A DNA stretch of 64,000 bases from Octopus bimaculoides (Eukaryota): the NCBI RefSeq assembly GCF_001194135.2, contig NC_068981.1, forward strand, positions 140,743,938 to 140,807,937. The letters are read 5' to 3'. This document shows, piece after piece, positions 26,735-37,950 of the stretch (positions are counted from its first letter, which is position 1; each line of letters opens with the position of its first letter). The notes below the pieces were generated by a model. That model worked only from the letters and a program-made list of their open reading frames with translations, was not told the origin of the DNA and searched no databases. The position numbers and the translations under genes are program-made.

Positions 26735-26950
26735 TTGTACCTGTGTTTGTTTCCCTCCACCGCTTGACAATTGGTGTGGGAGTGTTTGCCTGGCTGTAAT
26801 ATAGCGGTTCGGTGAAAGAGACCAATAAAATAAGTGCCAGGTTTAAAATAAGGAAGTACCGGGTTTGATTCATCCGACTAAAATTCTACATGACGGTTCC
26901 GCAGCATAGCATGACCTCAGTGCATGACTAAAACAAGTAAACAAGATAAG
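26735..26950 (+). mobile_element. SINE family C copy
   Basis: ccaccgcttgacaattggtgtgg...tagcggttcggtgaaagagaccaataaaataagt...cagcat...catgactaaaacaagtaaa. Confidence 0.8.
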
Positions 26951-27759
26951 CAGGAAGCAAGATATATATAAGCAATTTAAATATTTATATACGAAAGAAG
27001 TGATCTTTGAGAGGACACCTTACGTGCTAGAAAAGGCAGTGAATGACCAAACCACGAATAAAAACAATTTCAAAGGGAATGAAAATAACATAAAACATAT
27101 TTTCTTGTTAGCCTCAGACTAGAGCAACTAAATTAATTTGTCATCTGTACTTCATCAGTAAAAATATGAAATCATGTTGTCTGTTAACTTTATCAAGCAT
27201 GGTAGCTACCCTTATTATTTTCACAGTATATATATGTGCGTGAGGGTGTGTGTGTGCGTGTGTGTGTGAGTGTGTGTGTGTGTGTGTGCGTGTGTGCGAG
27301 TGTGCGTGTGTGTGTGCGTGTGTGCGAGTGTGTGTGTATGTGACGAAGAGTTTCCTTTCAAAAACTTTGTATTAGATACACAAATATGTTCCAATTAATT
27401 AGTTCAACGTATTCATCTATTTTTTAATCTGATGTATTCTCCTATCAGCGAATCAGATACGTATACTTCGTTTGAAATTGGAGAATTGCTAAGTGCATCG
27501 TTTATTTTCCAACTCATATCAGGTTCATTATTCTTTTACAGTTTAATGGATTTATGTCCATAGTTCTATATTTTTACTGGTCGGCTTATGTTAATACAGG
27601 CTTTCTTTCCAGAATTTGATTGTTAAAGCTCTATATTTGCAAGTCATAGAATTGGGAAAGTTGACAGCTGTCCATTCTATGATATATTGTGATATTAGAA
27701 ATCAGTCTTATATTTCTGTGGGACGTTTTATGAATTAGGAATAATTTTCTGATAATATT

Positions 27760-28260
27760 TTCGTATCCATCATTCTCTTATTTTTACGTAGTGTGGTGAT
27801 GTAATTGTATGTTGTTTTAAATGCATAGTGACGGGGCAGTTGAAAATTGGAAGTTTATAACTTTTACTTTACTGAGAAACAAAGTTTATTTTATATCGTT
27901 TTAATATTGTTTTGAAGAGCACACACTTGTGGTGTGCTGTTAGCAACGAGTGTTCCTTTTTTTTATTAAAATCTTCTTGATTTCATTATATATTATTTTG
28001 TGTCTCAAGTTACTGCTATCTAGCACCTTCGGATGATCTCTACTCAACCGCTACACAGCTGCTACTCGACAGCTACTCAACTGCTGCTCAACACTCCTAC
28101 CGCGGCCAGATTACCTCTATTTATATGTCTTGGGAAATCCTATTTCTTCGCCTGGGGGCGTCGACACAACATATTACTAGCGTCACCTTAGATTTTGCTG
28201 TGATATATTTGTGTTTAATCTTATGAGGTTGTGTTTCATTTTATGTGTATGTCTGTCTTT
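27760..28260. mobile_element. Possible solo-LTR-like repeat
   Basis: TATAAATAGAG on the minus strand, a cagctactc-type short repeat, and a short match (aatatgttgtgtc) to 1757-1770 beside the Gypsy LTR. Weak. Confidence 0.25.
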
Positions 28261-28301
28261 CACTGTGTATGCAATTGATTGTTACAAAGACATTTTTAAT
28301 G

Positions 28302-28349
<48 letters not shown>

Positions 28350-30336
28350 TTTGTTGTAATTAATAATATTTATAACGTCGTATTCCTCAATATAATCATC
28401 TGTAGCATAGTACATCAATCTGATTATCGGTTGTTAAGACGTTTGATTTACAATATGGGATTCATTGTCTACACTAGCATAGTTGGCAGATTATCCAAAT
28501 TTTCTCCCAAATAGTGTTTCACAACGTCATTTGATAATCATGTGAGATTTCGCTCTCTCCCTGTAGGTATCGGTAATTATTTGCGTCTTTTCTCCCCGGC
28601 TGTTTTGAATCTATCTATAAATAAGTTCAGTTAAATTGTAAGAATAATTGAATTGAGAATTGTCAAGGAAGCATTTCTTATTCAAACTTTCTTGACATGG
28701 ACGTAAGCTGGACGTAAGATTTGCGAGATATCTCGTAATCAGTTTTATAAATACTTGACAATACATTAAAATTGTAAGTATGAGTGGCTCAGTTTTGTGC
28801 GTAGTCAGACATTTCATTACGGAAACTTGTATACTCTACTCTCAGTACAGTTTTGTTTTTTCATGAATTATATACTGATGTGTCTTAGACACAACAGCTA
28901 GATTTAAATATTCAAGCTTTTATTGTCTAATTGTATTGTTATAATAATTTCTGAGCTAGTCAATTTAAATTTCCTTTATATTTTCTACCAAACATTTGTA
29001 ATGCTCTTATTGGTCCTGTATGTGATAATTATAGATTTTATATTCACATTTACGCGTGATAATTAAGATTTTCAGGAAACAAATATTGTCTAAGATAACG
29101 ATAATTTAACGGAAAACATTTAGCTTGACAGGCTTTAAAAAAGTGGAAGACTCTGTATATTTGAGAAAATTCATAATATGTGATTTTAGATGTGCCAGTG
29201 AATGTAGTGGGAGAAATGAATTGGAGCATAAATAGCTTGCTTTATTCAATTTCATTGTGTTCGCTTCCATTTTCATCATGTATTTCCGTTTTCTTTGTAA
29301 AAATTTCTCTTTCCATTTTATAGATAGAAACACTGACTGCTATGAGGTAATCATCATATTGATATTTCAGCGAAAAATGAAAATTTAAATTATCTCAAAA
29401 TATGAATTGAGCAAAGCTGAATTGTTGTGCATTGTTGAACGAGCAAAGAAAAGTTAGAGGTATTTGCTTTGGCGTATAAAAAAAAAAAGAAACAGAAGAA
29501 AATATTGGAAGAAATGAAAAGCAATTTATGCTATATCTAAAACAGAAAAAGAATAGAAAGTGTTGTCAGCTTTCAGTTTGATGCAGAGACTGTATGGCAC
29601 GAAGTGTGATAGGAATAAAGGCGAATTAAAACATCTATTGACATATGTAGAAAAAGTCTAACAAAGTATTAAAACAAGTCGAATATTTATGGATTGAAAC
29701 AAGACGAATAACGGAATATAAAACATGATTGAAAATTCATGGAAAAAAAAGTTGAACAATACATATATATATATATATATTAACATTGGTTATAAGAAGG
29801 GATATAAAAATAAAGTAAGCAAAATTGGCAGGTCATTATTGATTTTTCTAAAAGAAATAATAATTAACATTGATAACGTACGTGGTATAAAAACAGAAAG
29901 AATAATACTATACAAGATTACTAAATCCTAGAAACCAAATGAAGTAGGATTTTGGTGAAAGTAAAACATCAGGTATAAATGCGTGATGAAGAAAAGCAAT
30001 TTTAATATAAAAAATGCATTATAAATCATTTCATTAAGAAAAAAAGAAGGATAAGAAAATTTGGCAACTGAACTTCATGGCCTGAATCTAGAGACATTTT
30101 ATGTACGATTTTATGAGAAACAAATAATAGGAATATACAAAATAACATTATATTTGTGTGTTATTTGGTGACATAAACATATATGGAAGCAGTTCAATAC
30201 AATACATTCTACATTTTCGGTTTATATCTGTATTAGGTTGAAAATTCAACATTAGACAATGTACAGCATAATGGATCACGTGAGTAAGTGTGAGATCTTA
30301 TTCATGTGTGTGTGTGTATATATGTATATGTATATA

Positions 30337-30400
<64 letters not shown>

Positions 30401-30489
30401 CGTATAAATATATACAAGTACACACACACATATATATGTGTGTGTGTTTGTCTGTGTATATATAAATATATATTTATATACGTGCAGTT

Positions 30490-30600
30490 GGCGATTTCTC
30501 TTCTGTCTTTGGACTTTTTCCCTTTCTCCTCTCCGACGAAGAGCTATGCTAGAAACGTCAAACTCTCTCTTTTTACCGAGCGTCAAGGTAATACATTTCG
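30490..30600 (+). mobile_element. Penelope-like terminal repeat fragment with hammerhead-like core
   Basis: ccgacga-a-gagc-tat-gcta-gaaac-gtc at 30533-30559, followed by ...ccgagcgtca, which the other two copies share. Confidence 0.55.
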
Positions 30601-31722
30601 TGGGTACGTCCTCTTGTTGTCCGTTAATTTTATTCGTTTATTTGAATTGATTGTTTTTTTTAAAGTTAACTATATGTATATGTACATATGAATATATATA
30701 AACAGAATGGAAAACACATACACAGAGTATGTAATTTGTCGGCTGCATTGTTTAGGCGTAAGAAAATATATTTTCTATGCGCCTGGTGTAAAAAAAAAAA
30801 CAACAACAAAAAAAACAAGTGAAAGTAAGTCAAAGTCAAGCGAGACAATTCACAAAGTCTCTTCTCGGAGCTACAATCATCGATGTTTCGTCATCAGTGC
30901 CACTTATCGATGCAGAATATTCCTGCTTTAGGTCAGAAATTTAAAATTCAACATCAAGTCCCCTACAGCCGGTAATCTAGGAATCAGCACACAATGTGCA
31001 TTGTCGGATCATTAGCTTCTTAAGTGACCACCGTGAGCAACATATTTGGTGAAGCTAAATTTTGCAAAGCCTTCTAATGAACAGCAGACCTTGATAGCGG
31101 ATGGGCTTTCGAAATCAAAAGAGTAAATGTCCATAAAACATCGTCCATGTATGTGTGTCTTCGTAACTACACTTTAAATAAGAATAGTTGGAAAATCATG
31201 AAACTTCAAAATCAGTACGTAACTACAATGTTGAAATCTTCCTGTAGATTTGGTTACTTCTAGTTTAATTGCTTCGGATATTTTGAAGAGGGAAGAGTTG
31301 TTACAATAATATTTGTTATGAAATTGCATTTATGCGCTAATTAGAAATCAATACCAAATCGAGACTCAGTATTCTGAGTTGCAGAAACAAACGGGAGATA
31401 TGTTTCGCACGGTAGGAGTATTAGCTTGTTATACAACATTGAGATACTTGCATTTCCCTAAGTTCCATGATTGTAAATGTAGTATAAGCGATTGTGATTC
31501 TTCTATAGCAAGTGTCATCGATGTATAAGATGTCTTACCCGTCGATCGTACTTGACCTTAAGTTGATGTCCTGTGCATTCTTTAGTGAGCGCAAGAATTT
31601 ATCTGTACGCGGAATCTGTTAATTTTGCTACAAATTCGAAGTATAGTGGAAAGACAATGTTGGTACGCACATACACACGTATATATGTTAGATAGATACA
31701 TACATTCATACATATGCATATT

Positions 31723-32290
31723 CTAAAAGCAGGTATTTGTATCGCTTTTGCGCAAGGTCATTGTTCTATCTCCCGGAAAGACAAGTTCTGCGTCTGCAAA
31801 TCGCCGGACTTCGTTGTCCTCTATGAAGCAGAAAGGTAGTTCCTTATGAAGATCTTCAGAAGGAGTACCAGCGGCATCGTTAGCATAGCACTGAGAATAA
31901 CCAGAAACGTCGGATGGTACCGTCACGTCTCCATCAAAGATCCTCATGCGTACACGCATCAGCCTGCAGCCTCCCAACTTATAGCTGTTCGTTGCATGCA
32001 TTGATGGGGATATGCCCTCCGCCTCCTCTTAGATAATGCTTCTAGGGCCTTACACTCGTGTGACACAGCAATTGTATGCAAGAAAAGTAACTGTGGTTCC
32101 GTGACCTCAGATTGCTCAACATAATTAAGGAAGATGTACGAATACTCGACGTCATCTTAGAGGATACGATGTTGAGGGCCTGGTTTCGGATCTGCGGTGA
32201 TGGGGAAGACTGGTGGACTTGGTCGGTTGTACGCATGATAACGTCACTGGGACCACCAAGCCAGGATGGTCCCATGCCCATCACGCAAAT
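31723..32290 (-). other. GC/CpG-rich coding-like island of unknown origin, possibly a decayed RTE-type endonuclease
   Basis: Sharp compositional island between microsatellites; minus ORF ...CRLMRVRMRIF...SQCYA...ELVFPGD... loosely echoes AP-endonuclease motifs. Confidence 0.3.
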
Positions 32291-33577
32291 ACATGAAGCA
32301 AGCAATCACTCATATACGTACATGCATACATGCATGCATACCTACCTACACACACACACGAACACACACACACTCACACACACACAGACATACGCACACA
32401 CACATATATATATATATATATACACACACATATATATATACATATTATATGCGTGTGTGTGAGTGTGGGTGTGTATGATATATATACATATATATATTTA
32501 TATATATATATATATATATATACCATACACACTCATGGGCACGTACGCACACACATATATAAGCATATATATAAATACATATCTTCATACGTATATATTT
32601 ATATATGTATATATATATATGTGTATGTATATATTTATCTATATATATATATACACACACATTATATATTCTATATATATATATGCATATGTAAATTTTC
32701 AATTAAGCATTATATATTACATATGAATTTAATATATATATACATATACATATATATNNNNNNNNNNNNNNNNNNNNNNNNNNNNNNNNNNNNNNNNNNN
32801 NNNNNNNNNNNNNNNNNNNNNNNNNNNNNNNNNNNNNNNNNNNNNNNNNNNNNNNNNNNNNNNNNNNNNNNNNNNNNNNNNNNNNNNNNNNNNNNNNNNN
32901 NNNNNNNNNNNNNNNNNNNNNNNNNNNNNNNNNNNNNNNNNNNNNNNNNNNNNNNNNNNNNNNNNNNNNNNNNNNNNNNNNNNNNNNNNNNNNNNNNNNT
33001 CTATATATATATATAAGGTGAAAATGGAGAAGTAATTAATAAAATATTATTTATTAGTTATACAATTTGACAATATATCCGACAGCTGTTTCAACTCAGT
33101 AATTTGTAGATAATTAATTTATAAAATTGAAATCATTATAAATGAATCCCTTTAGAGTTAGTAAAGGTATACCCATTAGCATATGAGAATATACCTCATG
33201 AATAAAAAATCGGAAATCCTAACCTTGGCTCCCTCTTATTAAATATATAAGAGAAAATGCCACTTATACTTAAATTAAAATTATTTATTCTCTCTGCAAA
33301 ATACTCTATTCTTAACCTTTGAGAGATGCATACACAGCACTAAATTGGTATTCTCTGATATATTACTGATATATTATTTAATTATTTACTTATTTTATTT
33401 TATTCCTTGCATTTACATTAATGTCTAACTCATTTTGCTAGATATTTAACATTTTCCCCTATACTACATTTTGCTCCTCTTTATAACAACCTTTTCTTCT
33501 TAACCCCTACTTTGTGTATGGATACATATTTTGCTTTAACATTAATATTCATGTGTATCTCATAGTAACTTATTGAT

Positions 33578-33820
33578 CCCTTTCCCATAAACTGTATTGA
33601 ATTTAAACAAAATTTATGGTCACCCCATTTCATCTAACCTATACCAGTGTTTATGTATATATATATGTATGTATATATGTATGTATATATATATATATAT
33701 ATATATACACATACAGACATGCATACATACAAACATACATACATATATATATACATATACATAGATAAAATGGGGTGACTATAAACGTTGTTTAAATTCA
33801 ATACAGTTTATGAGAAAAGG
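33578..33820. repeat. About 58-bp inverted repeat flanking a (TA)/(TATG) microsatellite core
   Basis: ccctttcccataaactgtattgaatttaaacaaaatttatggtcaccccatttcatct (33578-33635) versus the reverse complement of 33763-33820; about 5-6 mismatches. Confidence 0.9.
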
Positions 33821-34348
33821 AAAATAAATAAATATATATATATGTGTATATTTAATTTTATATTTTATATTTATGTATCTTTGGCTTACGCGTCTCCCTG
33901 TCTTATTAATATTATTATTAATATTACTTAGCGCATTTATTTACATGAAATATGTCTTAATTCCACATATATTATGTAAAGTACTCTTTGCTTTAAACCT
34001 GTTTAATTCTTTATTATTTATCCTTATCTTAATCTGTACTGATAATAATATTTTTATTTAACACATTTTTTCTTATATTATATTATATTATATTATATTA
34101 TATTATACCATGCATTTATCCCGGCAATGTATTATTTGTAGATCCATTCAATAGTATATTTATTCTTTGTTAGGTTTAATATTAACTGTTTTATTGCATT
34201 TTATTTAATCAATTTAACCTATTCTTTCATCTTTTTATAATCTTTGTATAAATTACATTTTGCATGTAAGTTGATCTACCTAATTAAATGCATGTTAAGT
34301 CTTATAACATCTCTCCCCTTAACTGTTTTGCACAACGTTCTATGTTAT

Positions 34349-34387
<39 letters not shown>

Positions 34388-34784
34388 ACAATGTCGGATT
34401 TTATGAATTGGCTTCATTGTGTTATTTGTGATGTATAATTAGGCTTATTTCTCAATTAGTCTTATTATTTCGTATATAATAACAAGTATCTAATACATCT
34501 ACTTATATACGAACTACAATTGTTATCTTTATACCTATTTCTTTCCTCCTCCTAATTACAAGCGTTAAACTCCTCGTGCATACGCACCTACATCTCTCTC
34601 TTAATTCTGATTTATCATTAACTTCTTTATCCTCGACTGTTTTATATATTTATATTAATTTTATATTATATTATATTTTATTTAGTACTACAATGTGCCA
34701 CACTAATGGCATATTGAGTTGATTCCTAATTCACCGCTTAAATACACAAATATATTATCATTATATCCAATTACATTTTCAGAT

Positions 34785-34865
34785 ACCGCTAAGTTACAGG
34801 GACTTAAACACACCAACATCTGTTGTCATGTGATGATGGGGGGATAAACACAGACGCACAAACAT
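34785..34865 (-). mobile_element. SINE family C fragment
   Basis: Reverse complement has ggtgtgtttaagtccctgtaacttagcggt, matching the family body. Confidence 0.65.
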
Positions 34866-34891
34866 ATGAATACATACACATACACACACAC

Positions 34892-34930
<39 letters not shown>

Positions 34931-35341
34931 NNNNNNNNNNNNNNNNNNNNNNNNNNNNNNNNNNNNNNNNNNNNNNNNNNNNNNNNNNNNNNNNNNNNNN
35001 NNNNNNNNNNNNNNNNNNNNNNNNNNNNNNNNNNNNNNNNNNNNNNNNNNNNNNNNNNNNNNNNNNNNNNNNNNNNNNNNNNNNNNNNNNNNNNNNNNNN
35101 NNNNNNNNNNNNNNNNNNNNNNNNNNNNNNNNNNNNNNNNNNNNNNNNNNNNNNNNNNNNNNNNNNNNNNNNNNNNNNNNNNNNNNNNNNNNNNNNNNNN
35201 NNNNNNNNNNNNNNNNNNNNNNNNNNNNNNNNNNNNNNNNNNNNNNNNNNNNNNNNNNNNNNNNNNNNNNNNNNNNNNNNNNNNNNNNNNNNNNNNNNNN
35301 NNNNNNNNNNNNNNNNNNNNCCTTCGAAAATATAGTTTCAC

Positions 35342-35442
35342 CATTCCATAACAAAACCGTTGTACTACACTTTGACAATTTTTGATATCTGGGCATGCAT
35401 CTGAAGCAGCAGGAGATATGATAGTTTGACCAAAAGAACCGG
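35342..35442 (-). CDS. Candidate exon, minus-strand Cys-rich protein: (A)GSFGQTIISPAASDACPDIKNCQSVVQRFCYGM
   Basis: Acceptor ttatttttgcttgcaatag, donor ATG|gtgaaa, phase 1 to 0. Alternatively part of an ATG-initiated ORF from 35479 (MRFLQYLFLLAIAGSFGQ...) running into the N gap at 35320. Confidence 0.5.
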
Positions 35443-36268
35443 CTATTGCAAGCAAAAATAAATATTGCAAAAAACGCATTAGACTAAATTTCGATATACC
35501 ACAGTTTAACGTAATAATAACGATGTATTTTTCTTTCATTATATATAAAAATGATATTATACTGAGTAATAAATTGAGATGTTTACAATTGTTTGAAATT
35601 GCAGCAAATATTTTTTTTATTCGCATAGAATTTGAATTCAGTAAAATGTATGAATCCTTTAGAATTTTAGAGGGAATAGACATTTTTCAGAAAGGCATCA
35701 AATTGTAAGAAGTCAAGTTGTATTAGTTATTGGAATTTCTTGGAATCCCACACGTTACAAGAAATACAACTGCATTGAAATCGCGAGAAACGTACAGTAC
35801 AATTAGTGAGAAACTGTGAACATTATATGAGAAATAAGCATTTTGGAAGTATATTTACGCTGCTGTTCTTGACACAAATTGAGTTAAATCATCACCGTTC
35901 AAACCTCGGAGTAAATAAGTCAGAAATTATACCGATGAACGCAGTGTAAAACACGCAGAAAAGTAAGTACTTATAGTTTAGAAAGAATTTCAAATATGTA
36001 GGATGTAACATTCGGTATTAGCAATAGTTATATATAACCTGGTTATATATTTGTTGAATTTCACTATGCTTTAAAACCAAATTCTAGATCCAAGAGCAAG
36101 AGTAATAGATATATGCTGCACAACATAGCAGGGACAACAACGTTTCTATTCTATCAGATGCTCATTTTGTTCTCTAATTGTAATCACTGAAAGAATTATG
36201 TCTGAAAATAACTCGAGTTGAGGTAAACAAATTCTGAAATGGAAGGAGAGGAATAATCTTAAAGACAC

Positions 36269-36481
36269 AATCAATCAACCAATCAATGATTCAGTTGATT
36301 GATCAGTCGATTAATCAGTCAGTCAAGATCAATTGATCAATTAATGTATCAGTCAGTCAATCAATCAATTAATCTATAAGTCAGTAAATCAGTCAATCAG
36401 TAAGTCAATCGATCAATCAGTCAGTACATCAATCAATCAGTCAGTAAGTCAATCAGTCAATAAATACATCAGTCAATCAAT
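36269..36481. repeat. Degenerate (TCAA/TCAG)n tetranucleotide array
   Basis: Directly visible. Confidence 0.9.
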
Positions 36482-36654
36482 CATATATACTCCATCAGAG
36501 CATCTGGAATACGAGACGACGTGAAATTTGTTATTGAGAAAATTGTCTTTATTCAAATATTTAATGCCGTTTTCTCTTTCTTTTCTTTTTTTCTTTTGTC
36601 TTTTCTTGATGACGTTGAGCAATTTACATTTGATGCTGAATAAGCAAATATTAC

Positions 36655-36724
36655 CATAGTAATACATGAAAAATCGACCACGTGTGTTCTTGAAAAATTG
36701 CATACTACAAATTTCTTCTGCAAG
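36655..36724 (-). CDS. Candidate exon, minus-strand protein: LAEEICSMQFFKNTRGRFFMYYY
   Basis: Acceptor caattactttctag, donor ATG|gtaata, phase 0 to 1; compatible with the 35442 exon. Confidence 0.45.
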
Positions 36725-36834
36725 CTAGAAAGTAATTGTGCTGGTGCCAAAAATTGGATAATATTTCAATATTTTGTTAGCTTGTTCTGACTTATCTAAT
36801 ATGTGGAATACTAGAATATGATTTTCTACACAGT

Positions 36835-36914
36835 AATAGTAGTAGTAATGTTGGTGTTGGTGGTGGTGGTGGCAGTGTTGGTGGTGGTGGTGGCAGTGTT
36901 GATGTTGGTGGTGC

Positions 36915-36946
<32 letters not shown>

Positions 36947-36960
36947 TTGTGATGATGGTA
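36835..36960. repeat. (GTA)/(GTG)/(GTT) compound trinucleotide repeat
   Basis: Directly visible. Confidence 0.9.
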
Positions 36961-37521
36961 TTTCTGTCGGTTTGTTATCGGTATTGGTATTTCTAAGTTA
37001 ATTTCTAGGTTTTATTAATCAAAATATTATCCTAATGACAACGTAAATATAGAATCAAGAAAGCTTGTGCTATTTCGTTGATTCTCTGCTCCTGAATTTA
37101 TATTACACAGAGATTATCTCTGTCTTTCCGTTTGTAATATTCGAGGTATTATATAAAATCCTGTATGAGAATCTTACAGTAATGAGATGCATTTACCAAT
37201 GGTATTTATCTGGAGATATATGAACTTAGCAGAAAATACTTCATTAGTAATACGAATCATCTCTGTACAATATTGTACATGCTGAAATTGACAGCTGATA
37301 TTACAATTACCATATGATAATCAGAAGTATCATACATTATTTAAAGTCATAATATTTGAGCATGCTATATGGCCAAAGGTTATAATTGAAAAGGAATACT
37401 AAACACAAAAGAGCGACAGAAGCTGAGCATACAGAGAGAAAATTATTTTTGAAATCTGAAATTTCAGTACTTGAAATAATGTTTGCCCATTGTTGTGCAA
37501 GATTATAATCAAAGTTACTAC

Positions 37522-37562
37522 CGTCATGAATATCACGTCATTATTGCAGATATAATCTATAT
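37522..37562 (-). CDS. Candidate exon, minus-strand protein: xIDYICNNDVIFMT
   Basis: Acceptor ttaatacttttctag, donor ACG|gtagta, phase 1 to 0; compatible with the 36724 exon. Confidence 0.4.
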
Positions 37563-37619
37563 CTAGAAAAGTATTAACCAATGTTTCCATTCATTGTTGA
37601 AGCAGTAACTAAAATTTAG

Positions 37620-37670
37620 AGGGAGACTTGCTGCTGTTTATGACCGCTTTATTCTTCACCCGGCCTTGTG
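37620..37670 (+). CDS. Candidate signal-peptide-like exon of the plus-strand gene: (E)GDLLLFMTALFFTRPC
   Basis: Branch-like taactaa plus ttag acceptor (weak pyrimidine tract), donor GTG|gtaggt, phase 1 to 1; joins the 39012 exon to give ...TRPCEG-SKACEW. Confidence 0.35.
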
Positions 37671-37784
37671 GTAGGTCTCCATTACCCTACTTGTCAGTGG
37701 CGTGTCGCACCATATGAGGCAATGAAAACTGAATAATGCATTGGACTCTGTTTCTTGACGCGGTTGGGCAATTTGAAGTAATAT

Positions 37785-37950
37785 TGATTTCAAATTTTGG
37801 CGCAAGGCCAGTGATTTCGGAGGAGGGGGCAAGTCGAGTACATCGATCCCAGAATCTAACTGGAAGTTATTTTATAGAAATTTGAACTAAAAAACCCACG
37901 GGTGGTCCAAATGCCGGTAAGCATTTCCTCCAGGGTGCTAAATATTTTGT
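37785..37950 (-). mobile_element. SINE family A, degenerate copy
   Basis: ttcaaattttggcgcaaggccag...aagtcgagtacatcgatcccag. Confidence 0.75.

Noticed and set aside
31850-31950. CYANDA read as an RT YADD motif (minus ORF near 31870-31895)
   Set aside because: Flanking RT motifs are absent; kept only as an unresolved island.
32091-32120. LWFRDLRL resembling a photolyase/cryptochrome N-terminus
   Set aside because: Preceded by a stop, and the downstream sequence shows no further similarity.
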